Source: Octopus vulgaris
Taxonomy: Eukaryota
DNA: 64,000 bases
Assembly (NCBI GenBank): GCA_951406725.2
Contig: OX597825.1
Span: 74,648,001 to 74,712,000 of the forward strand
Direction: 5' to 3'
Of this stretch, positions 27,728 to 39,742 are shown in pieces (position 1 is the stretch's first letter; each line of letters begins with the position of its first letter). The translations under genes and the position numbers were made by a program. The notes under the pieces are model-generated. The model saw nothing but the letters and a program-made list of their open reading frames with translations, was not told the origin of the DNA and did no database searches.

Positions 27728-28715
27728 TCTCTTATTATAAAAGGCAGATTTTATCTGCCTCCCTTTGGGAGTTATACAAATCTACAATATAGGATTTCTT
27801 CAATTACAATTTACCTTGCATTTTTAAGAGTACAATGCATCGCGTCATGCCAAGTCCAGTTTTTAAAATTTAAACTCCAGTTAAGCAAAATTTACAGAAA
27901 ACTCACATTCTGGTGTGTGTGTCAAATGCTTTTCTTAGTCTGGTTTACACCACACGCAAACGCACACACACAGTGGGCAACGAATAAAATGAAAGTAATT
28001 GACTTACTGTAGTGAATGATTCTTTCACTCTGCCTCCCACTTCCTCTTTCCACACAGACACGCAAATATATAAATAAAATTGTAAGCTAACGTGCGTGTG
28101 TGTGAGTGGGTGTGTGTTGGTGTGCACGTGTGTGTGTGTGTGTGAGGGTGTGTGTGTGTGTGCGTGTGCGTGAGTGTGTGACAGGAAAGTTTTTTTACGA
28201 CGAATATAACACCTATATCCAAGTAGCAGAAAGATAAGACAGTAAGGTGTGATTTGAGGGAGATTTGGCTGCTATTTCTACCATGTCTAGCTGCCATGTA
28301 GGGGTCTCCCTCATAGGCTCATACATACATATATACATAGATAAGACAGTAAGGTGTGATTTGGGGGAAATTTGGCTGCTATTTCTACCAGGTCTAGCTG
28401 CCATGTAGGGGTCTCCATCATAGGCTCATACATACATATATACATAGATAAGACAGTAAGGTGTGATTTGAGGGAGATTTGGCTGCTATTTCTACCATGT
28501 CTAGCTGCCATGTAGGGGTCTCCCTCATAGGCTCATACATACATATATACATAGATAAGACAGTAAGGTGTGATTTGGGGGAAATTTGGCTGCTATTTCT
28601 ACCAGGTCTAGCTACCATGTAGAGGTCCCCCTCATTGGCTCATATATATATATACATACATAAGACAGTAAGGTGTGATTTGAGGGAGATTTGGCTGCTG
28701 TTTCTACCAGGTCTG
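27728..28715 (+). mobile_element. Probable non-autonomous Helitron 5' part carrying tandem repeats
   Basis: A|TCTCTTATTATAAAAGGCAG start typical of Helitron 5' ends; no 3' hairpin/CTRR found. Confidence 0.5.
28232..28713. repeat. 107-bp minisatellite, about 4.5 copies, alternating variants
   Basis: ACAGTAAGGTGTG at 28239, 28346, 28453, 28560 and 28665. Confidence 0.96.
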
Positions 28716-28784
28716 TTAGGCCTTCTCATGTAAACTCAAGCTTTCTCATGCCTTCAACATATGACCAAAGCAGAGAATGTATTC

Positions 28785-29000
28785 TTTTATTCTTCTGCTT
28801 TTTCCAGCCATTGGTCTGTGGCCATGCTGGGGCAATGCCTTGAAGAATTGTAGTTTAATGAATCAACTCCAGTTTTATTTTTGTAAGCATTGTACTTATT
28901 CTATCTGTTTCCTTTGTCAAACTACTAGGTGACAGGGATGTAAACAAACCAACATTCGTTGTCAAGCAGTGGTGGAGGACAATCACAAGCACAGACACGC
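28785..29000 (-). mobile_element. SINE type A 3' half, diverged
   Basis: GGCCATGCTGGGGCA..TACTTATTCTATC..GTTGTCAAGCAGTGG. Confidence 0.75.
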
Positions 29001-29079
29001 ACACACACACACACATACATGCATACACATATACACACATACATACATACATACATATATATATGTGTGTATATATATA

Positions 29080-29402
29080 TTGCAGCGTGGAAGGTGTTTG
29101 TAAGCCATTTAAGAAACACACAAAAACCGTTACATTCACTTCAACATTTAAATTTAATTTGCCAAAATATTTTCGTCGCTTTCAGACCGCGACCTGTTCA
29201 CTGACAAAAATATCGTGCTAACAGGTCGCGGTCTCAAAGCGACGAAAATATTTTCACAAATTAAATTTAAATGTTGAAGTGAATCTAACGGTTTTTGTGT
29301 GTTTCTTAAATGGCTTATAAACACCTTCAACGCTGCAACTGTTTTCGTTCCAGCACACGATCTCAGATCAAGTCACTTGCTATGCAAGTACATCTCTGTA
29401 AC
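29080..29402. mobile_element. Foldback insertion (119-bp inverted arms) with a hammerhead-like fold; PLE-type
   Basis: Arms 29080-29198 and 29220-29338, about 6 mismatches, 21-nt spacer; flanked by (TA)n on both sides. Confidence 0.8.
29158..29208 (-). ncRNA. Minimal type I hammerhead fold with a G3:C8 core
   Basis: tttgtca-GTGAACA-G-GTCGC-ggtctgaaa-GCGAC-GAAA-ATAT-TT-tggcaaa. Confidence 0.65.
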
Positions 29403-29504
29403 TATATATATATTTATATATATATATATATATATATGTATTGGTAAAAACAGTAAGATAACAAAAGAAAGAAAGAGACCTCAATATTATGTAAATAGAG
29501 GAAA

Positions 29505-29899
29505 TCTTTATATATAAAAGTGAGGTTGTGTGTCTGTCTCCTACGATTTAGATTCCTAACTACTCCCACATTTTGCGGTGCAGTTTAACCAAAACCGGGT
29601 ATCTTATAGTCGTGATTCATATCGAGACCGTCTGGGTATTAGCGCGCGTCTACGATGAGTCTACGATTTAAAAAAAAATTTACCATCAATTTTTCCCATT
29701 TTTAATCCATTTTTGACATATATAAGGGAAGTAACTCTCTAAAATTTATTATTAAATCTCAGAACGTAAAAAGCTACAGTAACACCCCTCCCCCTTTGTG
29801 GTTAGCCATATTGAGATGGCTATTATACTTTACATCTCTAAAAATGCTTATATAATTATTTCCCTTACAAACCCGAGCAACGCCGGGCGATACTGCTGG
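29505..29899 (+). mobile_element. Non-autonomous Helitron, complete
   Basis: A|TCTTTATATATAAAAG 5' end, subterminal hairpin CCCGAGCAACGCCGGG, CTGG|T 3' end, no TSD. Confidence 0.85.
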
Positions 29900-30107
29900 T
29901 CCTTAATAAATTGCAACTTCCCCTATGAAACCTTAGGCTGAACTATTCAACACGTCAACAGTTTTCTCTCGTGTATACCTAAATAAATACAAAAGTATCA
30001 GTAAATATTGTGTTTTGTTCTCTCCGTATAATTATTTCTAATTATATTTATTTTTAAAGCTTCCTGTATCAACAGTAATTTAACTTCCGATGAGCAGAGG
30101 CCATTGT

Positions 30108-30520
30108 ATTGGTTTCAAATTTTAGCACAAGGCCAGTAATTTCGAAGGAGATGGAAAATTGATTACATCGACCCCCAGCGCTCAACTTGTACTTATTTTT
30201 TTGAACAGGGAAGGCAAGGTCAATCCCGGCGGAATTTGAACTCAGAATGTAAAGATAGACGAAAGGCCGCTGAACATTTTGCCCGGTATGTTATCGATTT
30301 TGCCAGATATCATTATATTCCTTTCTACTCTAGGCACACGGCCCGAAACTTGGAGGGAGGGGGGCAGTCGATTAGATCCACCCCAGTGCGCAACTGGTAC
30401 TCAATTTATCGACTCCGAAAGGATGAAAGGCAAAGTCGACCTCGGCGGAATTTGAACTCAGAACGTAAAGACAGATAAAACACCGCTAAGCATTTTGCTC
30501 GGTATGCTATCGATTTGGTC
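30108..30520 (-). mobile_element. Two tandem SINE type D copies
   Basis: GGCGGAATTTGAACTCAGAA occurs twice (about 30228 and 30444) with D tails. Confidence 0.85.
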
Positions 30521-31339
30521 AGATGTCATCATATTAGTGCTAGAACAAACAGAGAAGACAGTATGCCTGTGTCCAGAAGCCGAAGTGTACCCGTTAGTGA
30601 TAGAATGTCAATGAACCAGCCCTTCTCTGGGTGCAATCCACAATGACAGTGTAAAACGCAACAGCAGTGTCCCAGATGTACACGCAACACTATTGTGAGC
30701 CTCATTCCAGCTTAGTAGGGTGCCCCAAACCGTTGGGAGGAAAAAGTATCTTCTGACTGGCTTTTTTAAATAAAATCAGCATTAAATTTGTTAAACACTA
30801 GCTTTACTAATACTCCAAGTTTGCATTTTTATCATCTTCCCTTTAAATACAGTAGCACTAATTTAAATATTGCTTCTGTTTTGTTTTTGATCATACGCGC
30901 TTCAAACATACTAACTCTCAGTTAACTATTCTCTCTAGTTAGATTTTTAATGTTCCAAGCATTAAAGGTGTAAAGAATAACTTTATTATTTTTTCTAGTT
31001 TGCTTTTTAGTGCGCTAAGCATTAAATATTTTAACACGAAATTAACTAAATCAATCCTAAATTTTAAAATAAACCAGAGACTGAGAAAACTAGTAGTAGT
31101 CTGTGTTGATAAAAAAATAATTTAGTAAATTAGTATTCCGAAGAGAGTAGAAAACTCTGTGGTCGGAAAGATAACTAAATTTACCAAGTTTACTAAATCA
31201 ATATTAACTTACATGAAATCAATAACTACTTCACTGAATTCTTAGGCATATTTCAAACAGCTTTGTTAAATATTAGTCAAGGAATCTTCAAGTTTCTGGA
31301 ACGTTCTCTCGATATTTATTTAATTTTGGAGCGCAAACA

Positions 31340-31500
31340 AAATAGTATGATTAAGAGCTTCGTTTCGCTATTGCGTTGTTCCGGGTTTTGACTCCACTGA
31401 GCAGCACATTGGGCAAGTGTCCACTGCAATAACCTGGAATCAAGCAAACGTCTTTTGAGTGTTCTTTCGGTAGACTTAAACTATTTGATATCCTGTCGGA
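31340..31500 (+). mobile_element. Degenerate SINE type A 5' half
   Basis: GTTCCGGGTTTTGACTCCACTG..TTGGGCAAGTGTC..GGTAGAC. Confidence 0.6.
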
Positions 31501-31535
31501 TACATAAATACATACATACATACATACATACATGC

Positions 31536-31620
<85 letters not shown>

Positions 31621-31625
31621 CATAC

Positions 31626-31677
<52 letters not shown>

Positions 31678-31729
31678 GTGTGTGTGTGTGTGTGTGTGTA
31701 TGTATATATATGTATCTCTATATATATAG

Positions 31730-31952
31730 CAGGAGTGTCTGTGTGGTAAGTAGGTTGCTAACCAACCACATGGTTCCGGGTTCAGTCCCACTGCGTGGCA
31801 CCTCGGGCAAGTGTCTTCTGCTAAAAGCTCCACGAGGCTACGGCAGGGGGGTGGCGATCCCTGCTGTACTCTTTCGCCACAACTTTCTCTTACTCTTTCT
31901 GTTGGCCTGCTCGCTTAGCCAGCGAGGTGGCGCCATTTGAAGGCTAAAACAA
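31730..31952 (+). mobile_element. Chimeric SINE: type A head fused to type B body and tail 2
   Basis: A sequence up to GTGTCTTCTGCTA, then B sequence AAAGCTCCACGAGGC..TTTGAAGGCTAAAACAA. Confidence 0.88.
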
Positions 31953-32133
31953 CATATACATACATGCATACATACATATAGATAGATACATATATATACA
32001 TACACACACACACACACACAAACACACGCATATATATATATATACATATATAAACGTACTTGGAAATGAATGCGTGGCGTTCAATTAAATAATAAATATT
32101 GAATGATATACAGTATATATATATACATACATG

Positions 32134-32325
32134 TATGGGTAAAGGATGTCACCAACGGTTCAATCATGAAATGCGTAAGCAAACGAGTTAAATACGTAAA
32201 CAACGAAGAAAAAATGGAAAACAGGACAAGTAAACACAGAGAAAGGACCCTTTAGCAGTTGTCGGCTGTCTATCTGCTCCTCGTTTCGAGTATTCAACGA
32301 CAATATGAGTCTTCAAAGACAGTTT
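32134..32325 (-). mobile_element. Possible PLE-type terminal fragment
   Basis: Layout similar to 39474-39632 (GAAAC..CTG.T.AAGGG..CTTGTC..TTCGTTGTT..TCCT.TAC.CATA) ending in a TA-rich microsatellite. Confidence 0.4.
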
Positions 32326-32624
32326 AAAAGTATTTTTGTCAAGTTAGTTACATTTATACATATACCAGCGTCACTTTGCCCGTTGTCCCTTGTCGAGATG
32401 TCTAATATAAGGACAAAGCAAATTTCTCGAATTGATATAATAGACTGAAATTCTTCAGTGTAATACCTGAAATTAATTAGGTAATATAGAATATTTTGCC
32501 TGACCTGCAACGATTCTCATATTTGAAAAATAACTTTAAAACTAAATTCTCCAATATATAAATGCCAATAGCAAATGACCACTCCAATTAAGTATCGGGA
32601 AGGTTTTGAGTAGAGTAGAAACAT

Positions 32625-32934
32625 TATTTTTCGCCATTTTCAAGTCTAGGCAGGCTCATGGGCCCGGTTTCCCGGTTTCTGTGGCGTATGTGTTCCCCCC
32701 AGCTGGACGGGACGCCAGTACATCACAGCGTTACTCAAAAGACAGGAAGAGAGAGTGAGAGAAAGCTGAGGCGAAAGAGTACAACAGAGGTCGCCACCAC
32801 CCCCTGCCAGATCCTCGTGGAGCATTTAGGTGTTTTCGCTCAATAAACCCACACAACGCCCTGGCTAGGAATCGAAACCGCAATCCTTCGACCGCGAGTC
32901 CGCTGCCTTAACCACTGGGCCATTGCGCCTCCAC
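32625..32934 (-). mobile_element. SINE type B head with tail 3
   Basis: 13-bp TSD AGAGTAGAAACAT at 32612-32624 and 32935-32947; tail contains ACTGGCGTCCCGTCCAG..CAGAAACCGGG. Confidence 0.9.
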
Positions 32935-35367
32935 AGAGTAGAAACATAAAACTAGATTAATGCATTTATTTAGAGTGATGAAGAATGTTCCTTATGATAT
33001 TTAGTCACAGCACTTTACAATCTAAGGTCCAACCCCACTAGGTGCAATAAGATAAAATGTTAGTCAAATATGGTTCGATATAATTAATGTTCATTTTTTT
33101 TCTTTATGTGGCTTTGTTCCAGTGTTAGAAAACTGTATTAGATTAAAACACTGAGACCTAAGAAATTTTCGGATCGTTAGACACACAGACAGTTATGCTC
33201 CCACATGTCACTGCGAATGTTGCTGTCGTTTCTGACATTGAGCTTCAAGTCATCTCTTTTGGAGCAGACATATAATCAAAAGACTTGCATGGAGTCTTTT
33301 TAGAGATTTGCCTCTAATTTATACCAGGCTGGCTTGCGCTTTTATGTGTAGATTAATAACAAGAAATGTAGTATTAGTATTGACGCCTTCTTGAAGGTAC
33401 CCGATATTTGCATTCAAAAGCAATTCGATTTTGCAAAACTAACAATTGGAAATCTCTAAATGGTAATCTACTGTAGCATTATCTCAGATTCATTTTTGCA
33501 GACATATCTTTGATATATTTCATATCCCGGCAACAAAAGTATCAATAATTACATTAAATCTTTGTAGTCATAATCCTTATTTAACCAATGAAAATGCTCC
33601 GTAAAAATCAGCTACGTGTATCATTTCAAATATGTTCCAGTGGAAATCGTGACTATTTATGTAAATCGCTACTATCCATGCAGACACTGAATGAATAGCA
33701 ATTTTTGGAATGAATCCTTAAATAATTGGTGTCATCACTATTTTAGCCTCTCTAAATTAATTGCTTTATCTAGACTCCTGAAAACTCCTTTTTTCAATGG
33801 AATCCATTTTGATTATTTTTTCTACATTTTAGTTAATAATTCATACTTGAGTCACATTTACAAATACTATATTTATTTCAGTTTGTTCTTTTTGTTACAC
33901 TAAACATTAAAAAAAAACACTTGTGTTCTTCAAAGTCGACTACATCGAATGATATTTTCTGCTGACACGTTCGGCTTATTTTTTATAAATACATTTGGCG
34001 TCAAGCATTAATAAAAACATTAACTATGTCTATATACACAAGGTCTTTTGTAAATATGAAACTGAATAGCTAATGATTCATATTTTTTTCTTAAATATGA
34101 ATTAAGAGAAAGTGCTGCAGCAACTTTTTACATTCACAACAAAATGAAGTTTTTTTTTTTTACATCAAGTATTCACAAGTTAAATACTATTCTCTTTGAA
34201 ATAAAATATTTTTCAACAAATTCATCATTTTTGCTTTTTGTTTGCGATATAATTTCTTATTTATTTTAATATATTCTGTCAGAGACTGTCGCCTAAAAGT
34301 TAAAATATATGCATATTAGAAAAGAGTAAAGGAAAGGAAAAATCTGTGATCACCACAAAGAATAAAATGATATCAAGTTAATAGTCATTTATTCTATTCA
34401 CGTAGTACATGAGATGTTTCGCATGTATGGACCACTGTAGCTGCGATAGCTGTGTGCGTATTTCTGGGTGCATGGCGTCTTTAACAGCGTATATGTGTGC
34501 ATATTATATAGTAGCTTGTGTGTACATAAGTCTTTGAGCGTGAATATTTGTGTATGAAAAATGGTAGCTTAAAAAATACGATACGACGTTTAAAACAAAG
34601 TAATGTTTCTTTGACGTGAGTTAAATTTCATGGCATGTATTTGTCTGCTATCTGCCCCTTCCAAATAATGAGCTCGTTCGGTAATTATATGCAGCTCTAT
34701 TATATAAATCATTGTTTAACTGCAACAAAATGTTATTTTCAATGTTCATTCCTATTATCTGCTTCTTTACAGATCTGTCACATTAGGCTTGATCCCATCC
34801 ACATTTTCAGTATGTTTAAGTATTTGATAGATTGTTTATGTCTGAAGCAAAAGTAAGACAATAGCTAATTTAGTGATAGAATATTTAATACTGCTAAATA
34901 GCTTTTGTTCCTTGAAGCTACCTGGGCTCATACTATCTTTACTAAAGCATTTTCGACTCACCCGTCTTTTGTTCTGCCATTTCTCCTTGGCTCTCCTCTC
35001 ATTTCTACATCCAGTACATCCTTCTTTCTTCCTAGAACGACTGCCTTTTAGAACTCTCTCCCTGCGCATCTCCTCCTCGCTGGTGTGGACTTGCAAAGGT
35101 TCAAGATAAACATTAGGTCATCAATCTCAGCAGTCTCAGAGGACCTTCTGAGAAAAAGAACCATGAAAATTCAAATATGCATCTTAAACAATAATGTGGT
35201 GAGGAAAATAAAATATTGATTGATATTATTGATATTATTTTAATTACATTATCAAGTAAGGATCACAACTCAGGGTGTGTTTCAAGTTTATTAAATCTCA
35301 TCAGCGAAACACAGATTTCCAAGCTGTTATCGAAGTAGTGGTGAAGAAATCACTAAATAGATGTGCG

Positions 35368-35565
35368 ACATGTGTGGCTGTGTGGAAGCGCAGGCGTGGT
35401 TGTGTGATAAGAAGCTTACTTCCTAACCACGTGGTTCCGGATTCAATCCCAATGCGTGGCACCTTAGGGTACTTGTCTCCTACTATAGCCTCGGGTCAAC
35501 CAAAGCCTTGTGAGTGGAATTGGTAGACGGAAAATGGAAGAAGCTCGTCGTGTATATATATTTGA

Positions 35566-35604
<39 letters not shown>

Positions 35605-35825
35605 TGTGTGTGTTTTTGTGCCTGTTCCCCAGCACCGTTTCACAACCGGTGTTGGTGTGTTTACGTCTCCATAACTTAACCGTTCGGCAAAAGACACCGA
35701 TAGAATAAGTATCAGGCTTGGCAAAAAAATTAAGTACTAAGATCGACTCATTCGACTAAAAATTCATCAAGGCGGTGCTCCAGCATGACCGCAATCTAAT
35801 GACTAAAATAAAAGTTAAAAGTTAA
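35368..35825 (+). mobile_element. SINE type A, moderately diverged
   Basis: Head, internal (TG)n and GGCGGTGCTCCAGCATG tail. Confidence 0.88.
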
Positions 35826-36535
35826 TATTGTTCACGTTTTAATATAGTAAAGTAGCATATCCATTAAAAGTAGATTACTCAGAGACGCCATATGTATTAA
35901 AACAATAGTTAAATTATAGTTAATTTGTTCAATGTTACTGAGCATTTAAAACTAACTGGAAATATTTATGTAGTCAGGAAAAGAAACTATAATTTACCTA
36001 CTCATACACTCTCGATCGTTCTCATTACGCTTCTTCAGTAAAGAGTAACGAAATCTGCCATGTGTTCTTGTGTTCTTTAACCGCCAGGTTAAACTTGAAC
36101 AGTAATAAATATTCCAGCCCTACTCATCTCGATTTTTTTGTATAGACGAGATATCTGGAACTAAATAATCCGATGTCCTACCGTTATTATAACACTAGGG
36201 TGCGATATGAGGAAAAAATCTGATCGCTATTACGATAATCACGTACACAATATAGAACTGTGTTGCACTTGTAGAAGTAGGGTCGATAGTATGTTGGTAC
36301 TCGAGAACGTTCGATTGGATGCGTTTGTGTCAGGGATAGCTGCAAACAGATCTAAAGTGTAAAACTATCAATTGAATCTACCTGTGGACTTCAAATTGAT
36401 CGAAATAATATCTAAAATACTTTAGATCACAGCCTACCGTCCTAAGAAATGAAAGACATTTTGGAAAATGCATATTCTACTCAACAACTGTAGAAAAACT
36501 AACAGGTGTAGGTTTGTACTTGAAAAGTCTTCACT

Positions 36536-36540
<5 letters not shown>

Positions 36541-36566
<26 letters not shown>

Positions 36567-36584
36567 GTAATAATAATAATAATA

Positions 36585-36658
<74 letters not shown>

Positions 36659-36678
36659 TATCATTATTATTATTATTA

Positions 36679-36767
<89 letters not shown>

Positions 36768-36827
36768 GCGCAGAGTCGGTACCATAGCCAATGATGGTTA
36801 TCCGAGGTGTAGTCATTGCTAATTGAA

Positions 36828-36862
<35 letters not shown>

Positions 36863-36872
36863 GAACAACAAT
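36541..36872. repeat. (AAT)n/(ATT)n microsatellites in alternating orientation
   Basis: Direct reading; short unique island at 36767-36826. Confidence 0.93.
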
Positions 36873-38009
36873 GACATCGAAAATTTCCCAGGGGTGTTTC
36901 TGCATAAGGGATATATAATGAAACACACGGTTCTTAAATTGATGCGTTCAGTTGAAAATGTGTTTTGGTCAATTGAATTTATGACCATAATAAGAGGGAG
37001 AAAATTGATTATGAAAATTACTCCAAGGGCGAAAGAAGAGAGCTCATGCAGTTTCCACTGACCAAAAATTAATTTGAGACAAGCTGAAGTAGGAAATGAA
37101 TCTAATGTTTAGCAGCTGGAGTGAATGTCTTCGGAGTTCTCTCATTTACTGGGACGGACGTAATAATACCGAAATATTTCACCGTTTGTCTTCAAAGGTT
37201 CAAAATATCAAATTCGCTTCACTGCCATTATATTTGCAGTCCTATGCACTAATACACTATTTACACATACACACATGTAGAGAATTGTGTATAATAGTTT
37301 CGAAAGCGTGCACGTATATACTATGCATATGCACATGCATGTGTACTTGACACGTCTTAATGCAGTCGCATACCTATGTAATTCACTTTCAAAAGTAGCC
37401 ATAAACGGACTTCACCACGCTTTCGCGCACGTTTGTATGTATTTCTTTGTGTTCACGCCGCCCTATAATAGACGTATACATGCATTTAAACATAACAAAC
37501 GCAATGAGTAACAAATGCTCGTTCAACAGTGAGTCGATGATAGAAAGTAGGATGAATCAAGTAAGTTACTTTTAATAAATGAATTAAGTTGGGTGAGTAA
37601 TGATGAGGACGAATAAATAAATTATGCCCTATGGTAAATAGAACAAGATATATATATCAAATAGCAATCCGAAGTGATAACTGATAATTGATGAAAGATT
37701 ATAAAAGTGACAGGGGTGATGAAATAATATATATCAGTGTTAAAGGAACTTTGTTCTGGCAAAAAAGAAAATAATTCGAAGCAAAGCAATGAATATAGGA
37801 ACTGACCTGAAGCAGGAAGAGATCTTAAGAAAGGATTTTAAGAAAGCTAAGAAAAGCAGCGAGATTGTTTCACAGTATTGCTTACAAGTCTATTGCGTGC
37901 GACTTTGTGTGTTTTTATGTATGAGTAGAAATATGTTATGCGTATGTGTATGTTTGTGTCTGTGTGAGTGTGTGAAAGGCAAATCTATGCCGAGACATGC
38001 TCCTATACA

Positions 38010-38330
38010 GGAGCACTCCGTCGGTTACTACGACAAGAGTCCCTGCTGATACGATCAACAGAACAGCCTGCTCGTGAAATTAACGTGCAAGTGACTGAGC
38101 AATCCACAGACACCACGTGTACCCCTAACGTAGTTCTCAGGGAGATTCAGCGTGACACAGAGTGTGATAAGGCTGGCCCTTTGAAATACAGGTACAACTC
38201 ATTTTTGCCAGCTGAGTGGACTGAAGCAATATGAAATAAAGTGTCTTGTTCAAGGACACAACGCGTCGCCGGGAATCGAACTCACGACATTACAATCGTC
38301 AGCCGAATGTCCTGACCACGCGCCTTCACA
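38010..38330 (-). mobile_element. SINE type C head with tail 1
   Basis: Head GTGAAGGCGCGTGG..GAGTTCGATTCCC, domain GTGTCCTTGAACAAGACACTTT; tail shared with 1184-1370. Confidence 0.9.
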
Positions 38331-39473
38331 TATAAATACCCATATAAATATGGGTATACATGCATACTTATTTTCAGGAGCACATGTACGTACATACAAT
38401 GTAGATGAACAACAATGAAACGTAGAGACATGCGTGTGGGATTCACATATGCACAAACACACACAATCATATACACACACACATACATACACATGCAAAC
38501 CCAAACAAACACACAAACACACAAACACACAAACACATATGCATATATACGGGAGACGAGAATGAAATATGCAAATAAAAACACCACAATTCTTCCCACC
38601 ATCGACCTCTAACGGAAAGCGAATAATCTCTTATTTTTTCCTAGTATTCTTCCGCCCCCACATGCGCTTTTACTCCCTTACATTCCGTACAATATCGAGT
38701 TGTTTTACATGACCACAACGTCACACAACCATTCATCCAACAAACATGGGTCATATTGATATGACACCCGCTGGCTTTATACTTTCCATATTACTTTATA
38801 TTAATGTAACACCGATCGAATTCATCATCTTTCCATACGACCTCTTCACAATCCATGAAATGCTTCTCATACTTTATGTTTCTATACCTCACTCATATAC
38901 TTCACTCATGACAAAGCAAGGGTGTACTAAACCTTTCCATCCATCTGGCATGTTCACTTATGCGTGGAAGGCACAAGAAGGGGACATGTTATGGCAACAT
39001 CAAATCACGTTACAGTATTAAATTCTTATTATCCTCCCAAACAGTATTTTCTTCATTTGACCACGTTTTGCTTATTTTATTTTTCAAATCTGTCTTTTCG
39101 TATTTATTTTCTTACTTAATTTTATTTATTCATTATTATGGTTGTTTCTGGTTTGATTGTTTTATTTATTTATTTTTGGATATTTTTATCCTATTTTTAT
39201 CCTCTGAATAGTTTTGTTTACTGCATGTTAAGCTCTAATCTCTACTACTGTCCAAAAATTGGAATCTTCACAAATTGGAAAAAAGTTAGTCAGGTTTGCA
39301 ACTTGCAATAAATACAATAACTCCCTACATCTGTATTGAGTACTTCCTCATCGTGTTCGCATAATTCTTTGCACGATAACATACATACATACATACATAC
39401 ATACATACATACATACATACATACATACATACATACATACGTACATACATACATACATACATATATATATATA

Positions 39474-39632
39474 GTCGAAACAGGGGCAGCTGAAGAAGGG
39501 GAATATTCCTTGTATTGCTTGTCTTGTACTCTGTTTTTTTTCGTTGTTAAAAAAAGTCCGTTTCCCTGTTTGATTTTATGTTTTCGTTTCTCGTTGTGTT
39601 CTACATTTTTTTGTGGTGTCCTGTACTCATAT
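39474..39632 (+). mobile_element. Possible PLE-type terminal fragment inserted in (TA)n
   Basis: Unique island of about 160 bp between TA tracts; contains GAAAC and CTGAAGA followed by the hairpin AAGGGGAATATTCCTT. Confidence 0.45.
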
Positions 39633-39633
39633 A

Positions 39634-39742
<109 letters not shown>

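Noticed and set aside
28232-28713. CRISPR-like or repeat-protein array
   Set aside because: Whole 107-bp units repeat without unique spacers, and the unit length breaks any reading frame
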